Shown here in pieces: positions 37,267 through 50,041 of a DNA stretch of 64,000 nt. Under the pieces are notes generated by a model. The model made no database searches and was not told where the DNA came from. It worked only from the letters and a program-made list of their open reading frames with translations. The stretch lies in contig CAZERD010000002.1 in NCBI GenBank assembly GCA_964515405.1, positions 1,568-65,567 on the forward strand, given 5' to 3'. The stretch is from an uncultured Desulfurellales bacterium. Its GTDB lineage: Bacteria > Campylobacterota_A > Desulfurellia > Desulfurellales > CAZERD01. A program made the position numbers and the translations under genes. How positions within the stretch are numbered: position 1 is the stretch's first letter; each line of letters begins with the position of its first letter.

Positions 37267-38388
37267 TGTTCAAAAAACTCCTAATGACGCCAGGTCCTAC
37301 GCCAATACCAGAAAGCGTGCTACTCAACATGGCAAAACCCATAATACACCACCGCACGGATGAATTCAAAACTCTCATGAACTCAGCCAAAACAAGGCTT
37401 CAAAAACTGTTCCAGACAACCAATGAGATCGTAATATTCTCTTCCAGTGGCACAGGAGCCATGGAGGCAGCCGTGGTTAACCTTGTTTCTCCTGGAGAGA
37501 AAACCGCAGTGGTAAGCGCTGGAAAGTTTGGAGAAAGGTGGGTCCAATTAAACTCCACCTTTGGGGCCAGACCCGTAGTAATAAAAAAGGACTACGGCGA
37601 CTTTGTAACACCAGAAGAGATAGATGCTGTGCTAAAAAAGCATCCCAATATAAGCTGTCTTTTCATGCAGGCATGTGAGACATCAACAGGGGTATTCCAT
37701 CCCATAGATGAGATAGGTCTTCTCTTGAAGAATAAATTCCCCGAAGTGGTGTTTGTCGTTGACGGAATAACCGCAATAGGTGCAATAGACGTAAAAACAG
37801 ACCTATGGGGGATAGACATCATGATAACTGGATCACAAAAGGCACTGATGCTTCCACCAGGTCTCGGGATCATAAGTATAAGTGAAAAAGCAAAAAACAA
37901 AATGCTAAAAAATAGTACTCCACGTTATTACTTTGACATAAAGAAAGAAATAGAGGCGGGATATGGCAACTTTACTCCCCCTGTAACACTTATCGTGGCC
38001 CTTAATGAATCGCTAAAAATAATACTGGATAAAGTAACACTCAAAGGTACATTCGAGCGCCATAGACTGTTGGCTAAAGCCACAAGGGAGGCCATAATGG
38101 CAATGAACCTTAGACTCTTCGCGAAAAGACCCTCGGACTCACTCACAGCCGTCATATCACCAGAAGGCGTAAACTCCGGCAAAATAATAGAGAAAATGAA
38201 AAACATGGGAGTTGAAATAGCCAACGGACAAGGCCCTTTGAAGGACAAAATTTTTAGAATAGCGCACATGGGGTATTTTGACAAGCAGGATATCCTAACA
38301 TGCATCACTTCACTTGAGATGAGCCTAAAGAAACTGCGTATAGAACATCCATTTGGTGAAGGAGTAATAAGAGCCATGGAGGTTCTAA

Positions 38389-38396
<8 letters not shown>
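37266..38396 (+). CDS. Class V aminotransferase (serine-pyruvate / alanine-glyoxylate family)
   Basis: N-terminus LLMTPGPTPIPE.VL; SGTGAMEAAV; the PLP-lysine context is TGSQKALM. Confidence 0.8.
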
Positions 38397-40580
<2,184 letters not shown>

Positions 40581-40590
40581 GAGGTGAATC

Positions 40591-40926
40591 ATGTGTGTGT
40601 TCTGTGATATAGTCAAGGGTAGGTTACCGGCCGACAAGGTTTACGAGGATGAAAAATATCTTGCCTTCAAGGATATAAACCCCAAAGCGCCTGTACACAT
40701 ACTTGTCATACCCAAAGAACACATAGAGTTTCTTTCTAATATAAATGATTCCAACAAACACATAATGGGAGATCTCACAGTCATAGCGAACAAGGTCGCA
40801 AAAGAGCTGGGCATAGACAAAACAGGCTACAGAATTGTAATAAACAACGGCAGGGATGCAGGGCAAGAGGTTTTCCATCTCCACCTCCACCTTCTTGGGG
40901 GTAAACCTATGTTGTTCGCAACATGA
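40591..40926 (+). CDS. HIT-family (HinT-like) nucleotide hydrolase
   Basis: N-terminus CVFCDIV, histidine triad HLHLHLLGG. Confidence 0.88.
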   Translation: MCVFCDIVKGRLPADKVYEDEKYLAFKDINPKAPVHILVIPKEHIEFLSNINDSNKHIMGDLTVIANKVAKELGIDKTGYRIVINNGRDAGQEVFHLHLHLLGGKPMLFAT

Positions 40927-41369
40927 AAATCCTCGTAGTCAACGGCCCAAATCTCAACATGCTTGGCATCAGGGAACCAACCATATACAGTAGTCTTTCA
41001 CTGGAAACCATAAACGCACACCTTTCAAAGAAAGCCCAGGCTTTAGGCGTTGAAATTGATTTCTTTCAATCAAACTCCGAAGGCGAAATGGTAAACTGCA
41101 TACAAAACACGCATGGAAAGGTAGATGGTATAATAATCAACGCCGGTGCATATACACACACAAGCATAGCACTAAGGGACGCCCTGCTTGCCACAGGTAT
41201 TCCCTTCATTGAGGTTCACATATCTAATACCTTTAAGCGGGAAAGCTTCAGACACCATTCTTACCTTTCCGATATAGCTGCCGGAGTGGTGCTCGGTTTT
41301 GGCCCATTTGGGTATGAGCTTGCCTTAGAGGGATTAGTGCACCACTTGAACACCAAACATGAGCTATGA
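40923..41369 (+). CDS. aroQ: Type II 3-dehydroquinate dehydratase
   Basis: [38 protein letters not shown] and EVH.SN motifs. Confidence 0.92.
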   Translation: MKILVVNGPNLNMLGIREPTIYSSLSLETINAHLSKKAQALGVEIDFFQSNSEGEMVNCIQNTHGKVDGIIINAGAYTHTSIALRDALLATGIPFIEVHISNTFKRESFRHHSYLSDIAAGVVLGFGPFGYELALEGLVHHLNTKHEL

Positions 41370-42519
41370 GTCAGAGGCTACAAATGCAACCCTGATTGGT
41401 TTCGTAGCAGATTTATTCCTATCTATACTTAAGACAACCTTTGGAGTACTATTCTATAGCACTGCCCTTATAGCCGATGGAATACACTCTATAAGCGACG
41501 TCATAAGCGATGCGATGGTTATTGCAGGAGTCAGGATAGCATCAAAGCCCCGCAGCGAAAAATATCCATACGGATTAGGCAAAGTAGAAGCCGTCATCTC
41601 ATTCCTACTCTCCATCGTACTCGTAGCAGTAGCAATAGAACTGGTAATTGAAGCTATCCACAAGATAGAACACCCTGGCACAAAAACTACAGAACCAGTA
41701 GCGATAGTAGCAGCCATTATCTCCATATCTGTCAAGGAATTCTTGTTCCGCTACACCTACAGCATAGGGAAGAAACTCAATTCACCATCAGTCGTAGCCA
41801 ATGCATTTCACCACAGGAGCGATTCCATCACATCCATAGCCGTGCTTATAGGTATAGTATTTGTTATCCTGGGATATCCCGTATTTGACCCCATAGCAAG
41901 TATAGTGGTCTCAGGGTTTATACTCTACTTCTCCTATGAAATCGGCAGGGATTCTATACTAGAACTCATAGATGCAAACGTTGGAGATCCAAAGCTATTT
42001 GAACAGCTTAAATCCATTGCTAGCAACGTGGATGGAATAAAGAGACTAGAAGACATAAGGATAAGGAAATATGGTCATAGCTACGCAGTGGAGTGCGTCA
42101 TTGTTGTAGACGCCTCTGTCCCCGTTGAGAGGATGATGAGATTAAAGGATGAATTTATGTACATGATAATGGAACGGTTACCAGAAATAGAACTCATAAA
42201 CATATCTACGGAGGTCGAACACGAAAGGGTAACAAGCTACATATACGATGAAGCCCTTACTGCCAAAATAAAAGACATAGTGTATAAATACCCTGAAGTA
42301 AAGGCTGTTCACAGTGTAAAAATAGAAAAATATAGGGACAAAATATTCCTATCGTTAGACCTTGAAATGGATGGTACCCTCACGGTTAGGGAATCACACG
42401 ATATAGGTGAAACTATAAGAGAAGAGCTAATGAGAGAATTGAGGTTTGACATGGTAAGATTTCATATAGATCCATACGAGGAGGGCAAAGATGTTAACGG
42501 TAGGTTATTTTTAAGATAA
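41359..42519 (+). CDS. Cation diffusion facilitator (CDF) transporter with two tandem cytoplasmic C-terminal domains
   Basis: 6-TM CDF core ([12 protein letters not shown]; [11 protein letters not shown]). Two consecutive segments of about 80 aa follow, each fitting the ZT_dimer pattern: ..[27 protein letters not shown].. and ..[32 protein letters not shown]. Confidence 0.8.
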   Translation: MSYESEATNATLIGFVADLFLSILKTTFGVLFYSTALIADGIHSISDVISDAMVIAGVRIASKPRSEKYPYGLGKVEAVISFLLSIVLVAVAIELVIEAIHKIEHPGTKTTEPVAIVAAIISISVKEFLFRYTYSIGKKLNSPSVVANAFHHRSDSITSIAVLIGIVFVILGYPVFDPIASIVVSGFILYFSYEIGRDSILELIDANVGDPKLFEQLKSIASNVDGIKRLEDIRIRKYGHSYAVECVIVVDASVPVERMMRLKDEFMYMIMERLPEIELINISTEVEHERVTSYIYDEALTAKIKDIVYKYPEVKAVHSVKIEKYRDKIFLSLDLEMDGTLTVRESHDIGETIREELMRELRFDMVRFHIDPYEEGKDVNGRLFLR

Positions 42520-42522
42520 AAA

Positions 42523-42551
42523 TTGACACTTTGTTAGTGAGGGGGTAGAAT
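42523..42551 (+). promoter_or_regulatory. Sigma-70-like promoter for mdh-fumAB
   Basis: TTGACA (42523-42528), 17-nt spacer, TAGAAT (42546-42551). Confidence 0.6.
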
Positions 42552-42599
42552 ATTCTGGTCAGTAAGGAGCGAATATAATGAATTTCGTGGAGGTGTAGA

Positions 42600-43550
42600 A
42601 TGCTTAACAAGAGAAAGATTAGCGTGATAGGAGCAGGTCAGGTAGGGGCTACCACCATGCTGAGGCTAGCCGAGAAAGAGTTGGCAGAAGTGGTGGTGAT
42701 GGTTGACATCATTGAAGGTTTACCACAGGGCAAAGCTCTGGACGAGATGGAAGCTTCCCCCATTGAGGGCTTTGATACGGAAATTATAGGAACCAACGAC
42801 TATAAGGACACTGAGGGTTCAGATATCGTAGTTATAACATCCGGCATGCCTAGAAAACCGGGTATGAGCAGAGATGAGCTTCTTGAAGTCAATGTAAAGA
42901 TAGTAAAAGAGGTCACAGAGAATGTAGTCAAATATTCACCGGATGCCATACTTATAGTGGTAACCAATCCACTAGATGCTATGGTATATACAGCAAAAAA
43001 GGTAAGCGAGTTTCCAGACAACAGAGTATTTGGCCAGGCTGGATGCCTGGATTCCACGAGATTCAAGAGATTTATAGCGTGGGAGGCAAAATGCAGCGTG
43101 AAAGCCGTAGAAGCCATGACGCTAGGAGGACACGGAGACGACATGGTCCCACTACCAAGATACTCTACCGTTAGAGGAATACCCATAACAGAAATATTTG
43201 ACAAAGAAACCATTGACAGACTTGTGGAGAGAACAAGAAAAGGCGGTGGAGAGATAGTCAGCCTCCTAAAAACTGGCTCTGCATTTTACGCCACAAGCTC
43301 TGCAATTGTACAGATGGTTCATGCAATAGTGCATGACACAAAAGACATACTCCCATGTGCAGTTAAAACTCAAGGCAAATATGGGCTTGACCCAGATCTC
43401 TTCGTGGGATTACCAGCCAGACTCGGTATAAACGGTGTTGAGGAGGTTGTAGAGTTCAAACTATCCGAAGAGGAGCTCAACGCTCTCAAAGCTTCGGCTG
43501 AGCATGTAAAAGCTCTTTGCAAGAGGGTGGATGAATTAGGAATACTATAA
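42600..43550 (+). CDS. mdh: Malate dehydrogenase (LDH-like MDH family)
   Basis: KISVIGAGQVGAT; the substrate-specificity Arg in SGMPRKPGMSRDEL; VTNPLD; GGHGD. Confidence 0.88.
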   Translation: MLNKRKISVIGAGQVGATTMLRLAEKELAEVVVMVDIIEGLPQGKALDEMEASPIEGFDTEIIGTNDYKDTEGSDIVVITSGMPRKPGMSRDELLEVNVKIVKEVTENVVKYSPDAILIVVTNPLDAMVYTAKKVSEFPDNRVFGQAGCLDSTRFKRFIAWEAKCSVKAVEAMTLGGHGDDMVPLPRYSTVRGIPITEIFDKETIDRLVERTRKGGGEIVSLLKTGSAFYATSSAIVQMVHAIVHDTKDILPCAVKTQGKYGLDPDLFVGLPARLGINGVEEVVEFKLSEEELNALKASAEHVKALCKRVDELGIL

Positions 43551-43560
43551 GGAGACAAAT

Positions 43561-44406
43561 ATGCCTGTGAGAGACATAGAGGTCAAGATTATTGAGGATG
43601 CTATATACAAACTCGCGATGGAAGCTGCTTACAATCTGCCAAGAGATGTGCTTGAGGCTGAAAAAAAAGCCTATAAACAAGAACTGTCCGAGGTTGGAAG
43701 AGCTGTACTAAAAACCATCATGGATAATGCAGAGATATCCCGCAAGGGGGTTTTCCCCCTGTGTCAAGATACAGGTCTTGGGGTAGTGTTTATAGAAGTA
43801 GGACAGGACGTTCATTTCACGGGCGGTTTCTTGATAGACGCCATAAACAGAGGGGTTGAAAAAGCTTACAAAGACGGTTATTTAAGAAAATCCACATGCC
43901 ATCCCCTCTCCAGAAAAAACTACGGAAACAACCTACCAGCTATAGTTCATACTTTTTATGTACCAGGCGACAAGGTTAAAATTACCTTTGATGCCAAAGG
44001 TGGGGGTAGCGAGTCCATGAGTAAGGTCCAGATGCTCAAGCCCGCCGACGGCAGAGAAGGAATAGTGAAAACGGTGGTGGAATGGATGGTTCAGGCAGGT
44101 CCAAATCCATGTCCTCCAACGATCGTTGGTGTCGGGATAGGGTCCGACTTTGAGAGGTGCGCTATACTTGCCAAGAAAGCAACCCTTAGAAGGGTGGGAG
44201 AACCAAATCCAGACCCAGAACTTGCAGAAATGGAAAGAGAAATACTCATAAAAATCAATCGCTCCGGAATTGGACCCGCAGGTTTGGGTGGTATTACCAC
44301 CTCTCTTGCCGTACACATAGAAATGGAACCGTGCCATATAGCCACCTTACCACTTGCTATAAATATGGCCTGTCACGTGAATAGACATAAAGAAATAGAG
44401 ATTTAA
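43561..44406 (+). CDS. fumA: Fe-S type (class I) fumarate hydratase, alpha subunit
   Basis: Fe-S hydro-lyase alpha-type motifs: PLCQDTG, KGGGSE and CPP.I.GVGIG. Confidence 0.85.
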   Translation: MPVRDIEVKIIEDAIYKLAMEAAYNLPRDVLEAEKKAYKQELSEVGRAVLKTIMDNAEISRKGVFPLCQDTGLGVVFIEVGQDVHFTGGFLIDAINRGVEKAYKDGYLRKSTCHPLSRKNYGNNLPAIVHTFYVPGDKVKITFDAKGGGSESMSKVQMLKPADGREGIVKTVVEWMVQAGPNPCPPTIVGVGIGSDFERCAILAKKATLRRVGEPNPDPELAEMEREILIKINRSGIGPAGLGGITTSLAVHIEMEPCHIATLPLAINMACHVNRHKEIEI

Positions 44407-44418
44407 GGAGTTGCAAAC

Positions 44419-44979
44419 ATGGCTGAATACAAACTTACCACGCCCTTGAAAGACGACGACATAATCAAACTAAAGGCTGGCGATAAGGTGTATCTGAGTG
44501 GGACACTTTATACAGCAAGAGACGCCGCCCACATGAGACTAATAGAAACCCTGAAAAAAGGGAAAGAACTACCTTTCGATCCTGTAGGACAGGTCATATA
44601 CTACGTGGGGCCATCACCTGCACGACCCGGGTATCCTATAGGTTCAGCTGGGCCTACAACAAGCTACAGAATGAACCCCTTTGCTCCCATACTTATAAAA
44701 GAAAAAGGACTAAAAGGTATGATAGGTAAGGGGAAAATGAGCGATGAAGTAAAACAGGCCTGCATGGAATTCAAGGCTGTCTACTTCGCGGGAATAGGAG
44801 GGGTAGCAGCAGTAGTAGGACAATCCGTCAAAAAATCAGAGGTTATAGCCTATGAAGATCTAGGCCCGGAGGCTATAAGGAAACTGGAAGTTGTAGATAT
44901 GCCTGTCTTTGTGTGTTACGACTCCCACGGCAACGATCTGTACGAAATAGCCAAACAACAGTGGGCAAACAAGATATAG
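44419..44979 (+). CDS. fumB: Fe-S type (class I) fumarate hydratase, beta subunit
   Basis: LKAGD.V.LSG.LYTARDAAH.R, GPTTS.RM and GKG pattern of the beta-type domain. Confidence 0.85.
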   Translation: MAEYKLTTPLKDDDIIKLKAGDKVYLSGTLYTARDAAHMRLIETLKKGKELPFDPVGQVIYYVGPSPARPGYPIGSAGPTTSYRMNPFAPILIKEKGLKGMIGKGKMSDEVKQACMEFKAVYFAGIGGVAAVVGQSVKKSEVIAYEDLGPEAIRKLEVVDMPVFVCYDSHGNDLYEIAKQQWANKI

Positions 44980-45022
44980 GAGTAAAATATAAATAAGAAT
45001 TAGTTTAGCAAAAGTTAAAGCA

Positions 45023-45051
45023 TTGCATTTTGAATAAATTTATATTATAAT
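45023..45051 (+). promoter_or_regulatory. Sigma-70-like promoter for sdhCDAB
   Basis: TTGCAT (45023-45028), 17-nt spacer, consensus TATAAT (45046-45051). Confidence 0.6.
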
Positions 45052-45117
45052 TCCTAAGCAAAACTAAAATTTTTAAAGAAAGGGGGTGGAGGCTATCCAA
45101 GGATAGCCGAAAGGATT

Positions 45118-45495
45118 ATGGATTGGTATAGAGGAAGGCCGCATCATATCTCCTACAGATGGCATGAGGGATTTGTGGCATGGTTGCTCCACAGAATCAC
45201 AGGACTCTTGTTGATCCTGTATCTCTTCGCCCACGAGTGGGTCATAGCCACCCTTCAAAACCCCTCTTCGTTCAATAGCACCATGGCCGTGCTGGAAAAC
45301 CCCATCCTAAAACTGGTGGAGATAGGATTATGGGCTGTCGCAGCTTACCACGCTATCAATGGACTAAGGGTGGTACTTGTCAACTTCGCAGGCGCTGCTG
45401 AAAGAAACGTCTATGCGGCAAACGTATGGATATTCTGGATAATCTTTGCGCTCGTGTTTATTGCCGGCGCTATCCCTATGTTTATCTACTTGTGA
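45118..45495 (+). CDS. sdhC: Succinate dehydrogenase / fumarate reductase membrane anchor, cytochrome b subunit
   Basis: 125 aa, 3 TM, conserved His in LLHRITG and in AAYHAINGLR. First gene of the sdhCDAB block. Confidence 0.75.
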   Translation: MDWYRGRPHHISYRWHEGFVAWLLHRITGLLLILYLFAHEWVIATLQNPSSFNSTMAVLENPILKLVEIGLWAVAAYHAINGLRVVLVNFAGAAERNVYAANVWIFWIIFALVFIAGAIPMFIYL

Positions 45496-45511
45496 GTGAG
45501 GGAGGGATCTT

Positions 45512-45883
45512 ATGGAAAAGATGAGAGGTTTTATTGATAGGTACCAAGGGAGCGGCAAAGGGGGTGAAATAAGCTGGCTCCTCCAAAGGGTCTCAGGAAT
45601 AGCATTACTATTCCTCCTGCTGGGTCACTTTTTCATTCAACACTTCACCGGTGTAGCAATAAACTACCACAACGTGGCAGAACGACTGGCAACACCGGAG
45701 TGGAAACTATTTGATTTAACCTTCGTTGTATTCGCTCTATATCACGGAATCAACGGCATATTTATGTCTTTAGAAGATTACGTGCACTCCGGATGGAGAG
45801 TCTTTTGGAAAACATTCTTCTGGGTGGCAGGGATCGTATACCTGGTTTTAGCTGTGATTACAATTCTGCCATTTAAAGGATAA
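45512..45883 (+). CDS. sdhD: Succinate dehydrogenase / fumarate reductase second membrane anchor subunit
   Basis: 123 aa, 3 TM, LLQRVSG and ALYHGINGI motifs parallel to SdhC. Confidence 0.7.
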   Translation: MEKMRGFIDRYQGSGKGGEISWLLQRVSGIALLFLLLGHFFIQHFTGVAINYHNVAERLATPEWKLFDLTFVVFALYHGINGIFMSLEDYVHSGWRVFWKTFFWVAGIVYLVLAVITILPFKG

Positions 45884-45900
45884 AAAGGAGGCTTTAGATA

Positions 45901-47715
45901 ATGGCTGATATACAGTACAGATCAGAAGTTTTTGATGTGGTCGTCGTCGGGGCCGGGGGAGCTGGACTTGCAGCCGCCGTCCAAACTGGCTTGGCCAAGC
46001 TCAAAACGGCTGTAGTAACAGAGGTTTACCCAACAAGGTCCCACACCGTATCAGCTCAAGGAGGTATAGCAGCAACCATAGCCAATATGGATGAAGACTA
46101 CTGGATATGGCATATGTACGACACAGTAAAAGGCTCCGACTATTTGGGAGACCAGGACGCCATTGAGGAATTTGTGAAAAACGCACCCATAGCTATATAT
46201 GAACTGGAACACTGGGGTGTTCCCTTCTCAAGAAACGAAAACGGCACCATATATCAAAGAGCATTTGGTGGACAAACAAGGAACTTCGGGGAAAGCATAG
46301 CCCATAGAAGTTGTGCCATAGCTGATAGATCCGGACATGCAATGCTACACGCACTGTTTGAAAGAACATTGAGACCGGATGTTGCTCCGTACGTTAGTTA
46401 TTACTCCGAATATTTAGCCTTGGAGCTATTCAGGAATCCGGAAACGGGCAAAGTCTACGGAGTTTTAGCGTGGGACATGGTTAATGGTGGGCTCCATGCT
46501 TTCTTTGCCAAAGCTGTTATCTTCGCAACAGGAGGCAGTCTAAGAAACTTTAGAACAAACACAAACGCCCACATCAACACCGGAGACGGTTTGTATATGG
46601 CGCTCAAGGCAGGTATTCCCATAGAGGATCCAGAGTTCATACAATTCCATCCAACAGGCATCTATGGAGTAGGTAACCTCATAACAGAGGGCGTCCGAGG
46701 AGAAGGAGGATACCTGCTTAACTCCGAGGGCGAAAGGTTCATGAAGAGATATGCACCCCACGTACTTGACCTAGCTTCCAGGGATGTAGTCTCAAGAGCT
46801 ATGGCTACAGAAGTAAGAGAGGGGCGCGGCGTTGGTCCGAAAAAAGATCATATACTCCTTAAGCTGGATCATCTCGGAGAAGACCTAATAAAGAGCAAAC
46901 TCATAGGTATATGGGAACTCGCATACAAGTTTGTTGGCGTTGACTGTACTAAGGAACCCATACCCGTTGAACCAACAGCCCACTACCAGATGGCAGGCAT
47001 ACCAACAAATATTAAAAGTGAGGTTGTCATTTGGGATGGTGAAAAGGATATACCCGTTCCAGGATTCTACGCCGCCGGCGAGTGTTCCTGCCAGTCACTG
47101 CACGGAGCCAACAGGCTAGGTACTAACTCCCTGATAGACCTCGTGGTAAGCGGAAAACAGGCAGGACAAAACGCTGCAAGATATATAATCGAGGAAGATG
47201 CGCCGGCACCACTACCTGCCGACGATTTTTGGGCAGAAAAACACGGCAAAGAAACAGTGGATAAGATAAAAACCCTCTACGACAGTGAAGCTGGCAACAT
47301 CAAGTATCAGGATGTCTTCTACCCACTGAGAGACTCCATGCAGGAAAACATGAGCGTTTTCAGAATAGAAGAGGGACTGAAAAAGCAACTCAAAATACTG
47401 GATGAACTCACGGATAAATTCAACCAGATGAGGTTAGCAGACAAAAGCTTGCACTTCAATAGCGAGCTTGTTGAGTACTTTGAAATACAATCTCTGCTCA
47501 CCATATCAAAAATGGAAACACTAGCAGCTCTAAACAGAACAGAAAGTAGGGGTGGCCATTACAGAGAGGACTATCCGGAAAGAGACGATAAAAACTGGCT
47601 GAAACACACATTAGTTTATATGGATGAAAAAGGTGAGTTCAAATTCGACTATAAGCCGGTTAGGATGAAGGGTAAAACAGCACCAACATTCGAACCCAAG
47701 AAAAGGGTTTACTAA
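45901..47715 (+). CDS. sdhA: Succinate dehydrogenase / fumarate reductase flavoprotein subunit
   Basis: [13 protein letters not shown]; covalent-FAD His context [10 protein letters not shown]; HPTG; GECSC.S.HGANRLG.NSL. Confidence 0.93.
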   Translation: MADIQYRSEVFDVVVVGAGGAGLAAAVQTGLAKLKTAVVTEVYPTRSHTVSAQGGIAATIANMDEDYWIWHMYDTVKGSDYLGDQDAIEEFVKNAPIAIYELEHWGVPFSRNENGTIYQRAFGGQTRNFGESIAHRSCAIADRSGHAMLHALFERTLRPDVAPYVSYYSEYLALELFRNPETGKVYGVLAWDMVNGGLHAFFAKAVIFATGGSLRNFRTNTNAHINTGDGLYMALKAGIPIEDPEFIQFHPTGIYGVGNLITEGVRGEGGYLLNSEGERFMKRYAPHVLDLASRDVVSRAMATEVREGRGVGPKKDHILLKLDHLGEDLIKSKLIGIWELAYKFVGVDCTKEPIPVEPTAHYQMAGIPTNIKSEVVIWDGEKDIPVPGFYAAGECSCQSLHGANRLGTNSLIDLVVSGKQAGQNAARYIIEEDAPAPLPADDFWAEKHGKETVDKIKTLYDSEAGNIKYQDVFYPLRDSMQENMSVFRIEEGLKKQLKILDELTDKFNQMRLADKSLHFNSELVEYFEIQSLLTISKMETLAALNRTESRGGHYREDYPERDDKNWLKHTLVYMDEKGEFKFDYKPVRMKGKTAPTFEPKKRVY

Positions 47716-47735
47716 AGGTGAGGAGGGGGTAAATA

Positions 47736-48458
47736 ATGGCATTAAATGTTGGAGATAAAGTAATTTTCAAGGTCTTTAGATATGACCCCGAGAAAGACAA
47801 AGCTCCCTACTTCAAAGACTACGAGGTAACAATCACGAGAAGGGGCATGATGGTGCTTGACGGTTTGAATCAGATAAAGTGGGAACAAGATCCTACACTA
47901 AGCTACAGAAGGAGTTGTAGGGAGGGAGTCTGCGGTTCCGATGGTATGAATATCAACGGCATAAACACAGTTTCCTGCATGTCCCACATAGAGGACTATA
48001 ACTCAAAAGTGCTAACAATAAAACCTTTACCCGGATTTCCCATAGTTAAGGATCTTGTCTGTGACTTTGATGACTTTTTTAACAAGTACTACACAGTAAA
48101 ACCTTATCTAATAGAGAAAACCCCTCCTCCAGGAAGGGAAAGACTGCAGAGTGTGGAGGACAGAGCCAAACTTGATGGTCTTTACGAATGCATCCTCTGT
48201 GGGTGTTGTTCCAGTTCCTGCCCATCATACTGGGCGGACCCAGATTATCTCGGACCATCAGCCCTCATCAACGCGGCTCGATTCGTAGCTGACACCAGAG
48301 ATGAAGGATCAGACGAAAGACTAGATGTTGTAAACAACATACACGGCGTATGGAGATGCCATACCATCCTCAACTGCATACACGCCTGCCCCAAAGAGCT
48401 CAATCCTACAAAAGCAATAGCCTATCTCCAGAAAGAAATCCTGAAGAGGAAATTTTAA
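47736..48458 (+). CDS. sdhB: Succinate dehydrogenase / fumarate reductase iron-sulfur subunit
   Basis: Has the 2Fe-2S cluster motif CREGVCGSDGMNING...C. The 4Fe-4S motif is CILCGCCSSSC. The 3Fe-4S motif is CHTILNCIHACP. Confidence 0.93.
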   Translation: MALNVGDKVIFKVFRYDPEKDKAPYFKDYEVTITRRGMMVLDGLNQIKWEQDPTLSYRRSCREGVCGSDGMNINGINTVSCMSHIEDYNSKVLTIKPLPGFPIVKDLVCDFDDFFNKYYTVKPYLIEKTPPPGRERLQSVEDRAKLDGLYECILCGCCSSSCPSYWADPDYLGPSALINAARFVADTRDEGSDERLDVVNNIHGVWRCHTILNCIHACPKELNPTKAIAYLQKEILKRKF

Positions 48459-48463
48459 ACCCT

Positions 48464-48500
48464 GAAGGGTGCAATTTAATTGCACCCTTCCCATCTTTGT
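48464..48500 (+). terminator. Rho-independent-type terminator after sdhB
   Basis: Perfect palindrome GAAGGGTGCAATT-t-AATTGCACCCTTC (48464-48490), followed by CCATCTTTGTT. Confidence 0.6.
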
Positions 48501-48530
48501 TATATAAAAACACAAGGAGGTGATATAGAG

Positions 48531-49301
48531 ATTTTCTCTTTTTTTGAGGTTATAGGAGCGTTCATCATAGACTTTGTAGTGGAGCTAGGAGGCCTCGCTA
48601 TGATGGTGGTAGATGCCTTTTGGTCTACAATAAAGGGGCCACCGCGTATCTACAGAACCATAGAACAGATGTACTACATTGGGGTTACATCAAGCTTTAT
48701 AGTGTTGCTAACCTCCTTGTTTGTCGGCATGGTAGAAGCCCTACAAATATACCACGGATTCCAGAAATTTGGTGCCCAAAGTATGATAGGGTACACTGTT
48801 GCCATTTCCTTGGGCAGGGAACTTTCTCCAGTAATGACAGCCCTTATGATCGTTGCCAGAAACGTCTCAGCCATGGCAGCAGAGATAGGGTCGATGAAGG
48901 TAACAGAACAAATAGATGCATTAAGGGTCATGGCTGTGGACCCAATGAATTTTCTTGTTAGTCCAAGAATAATAGCAACAACTATCATGATGCCATTTCT
49001 TGTCATACTCTCCAATGCAATAGGGAATTTAGGGGGGTACCTTGTAAGTGTGATGATACTACATGTCAATCCCACACTATACATAAAAAATATAAGAACT
49101 TTTCTGGATCTAAGCGATATTACCTATGGCCTAGTAAAAGCTGCTGTCTTCGGCTTCGTTATATCATCCATAGGATGTTACATGGGAATGTCAACCTCCG
49201 GAGGATCTAAAGGGGTAGGGAATGCTACAACAAAAGCCGTTGTAGCAGCCAGTGTCTCTGTTCTGGTTGTTGACTATTTTCTAACCGCGTTGTTGTTTTA
49301 A
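48531..49301 (+). CDS. mlaE: MlaE-type ABC transporter permease
   Basis: Contains REL.PV..AL..A.R..SA.AAEIG.MKVTEQIDAL and other MlaE blocks. No in-frame ATG/GTG/TTG lies between the upstream terminator hairpin and the conserved N-terminal region. ATT at 48531 (10 nt after AGGAGG) or ATA at 48525 are the candidate starts. The start is uncertain. Confidence 0.8.
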   Translation: MFSFFEVIGAFIIDFVVELGGLAMMVVDAFWSTIKGPPRIYRTIEQMYYIGVTSSFIVLLTSLFVGMVEALQIYHGFQKFGAQSMIGYTVAISLGRELSPVMTALMIVARNVSAMAAEIGSMKVTEQIDALRVMAVDPMNFLVSPRIIATTIMMPFLVILSNAIGNLGGYLVSVMILHVNPTLYIKNIRTFLDLSDITYGLVKAAVFGFVISSIGCYMGMSTSGGSKGVGNATTKAVVAASVSVLVVDYFLTALLF

Positions 49302-49303
49302 TT

Positions 49304-50041
49304 ATGATAGAGGTAAAAAACCTTAAAAAGGCTTTCGGCTCGCAAATAGTACTTAATAACCTAAATCTTAAAATCCAGAAAGGGGCCATAACAGTCATCG
49401 TCGGAAAGAGTGGGGGCGGTAAGAGTGTACTGCTCAAAAATATTATAAGATTATTGGAACCAGATAGCGGCTCTATCGTGTTTGATGGCGTGGACTTAGC
49501 CAAAATGCCTGAAAGAAAGCTTAAACTATACAGGGCAAAATTTGGCGTTCTATTCCAGGAGGCAGCATTATTCGATTCTTGGAGTGTTTATGAAAATGTT
49601 GCTTTCCCGGCCATAGAAAGGAAACTTTTTAAAAGTAAGAAGGAACTAGATAGTGCAGTAATGGAAACACTGAAGCTTGTCAAACTGGAGGACATAAGAC
49701 ACAAAATGCCTTCCGAACTCTCAGGTGGTATGAAAAAAAGGGTCGGGCTTGCCCGGGCCATTATAACCAAACCTGACGTCATATTCTTTGACGAGCCTAC
49801 CACAGGCCTTGATCCTGTAACCTCAGCTTCCATAGGTAGCCTTATATTAAGTATGAAGCAGGAGCTTGGAACCACATGCTTTGTAATATCTCACGACTTA
49901 GAACTCACAAGGCAAATAGCGGACTTCGTGGGTTTTTTGTATAATGGGAAAATAGAAGAATTTGTGGATAAGGAGTCATTCTTTGGTTCCACAAATAAAC
50001 ATGTCGTTGAGTTTATAAATGCTTACAGGAGCATAAAATGA
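49304..50041 (+). CDS. mlaF: MlaF-type ABC transporter ATP-binding protein
   Basis: Walker A GKSGGGKSV, signature LSGGMKKRVGLARA, Walker B VIFFDEPTTGLD. Confidence 0.88.
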   Translation: MIEVKNLKKAFGSQIVLNNLNLKIQKGAITVIVGKSGGGKSVLLKNIIRLLEPDSGSIVFDGVDLAKMPERKLKLYRAKFGVLFQEAALFDSWSVYENVAFPAIERKLFKSKKELDSAVMETLKLVKLEDIRHKMPSELSGGMKKRVGLARAIITKPDVIFFDEPTTGLDPVTSASIGSLILSMKQELGTTCFVISHDLELTRQIADFVGFLYNGKIEEFVDKESFFGSTNKHVVEFINAYRSIK

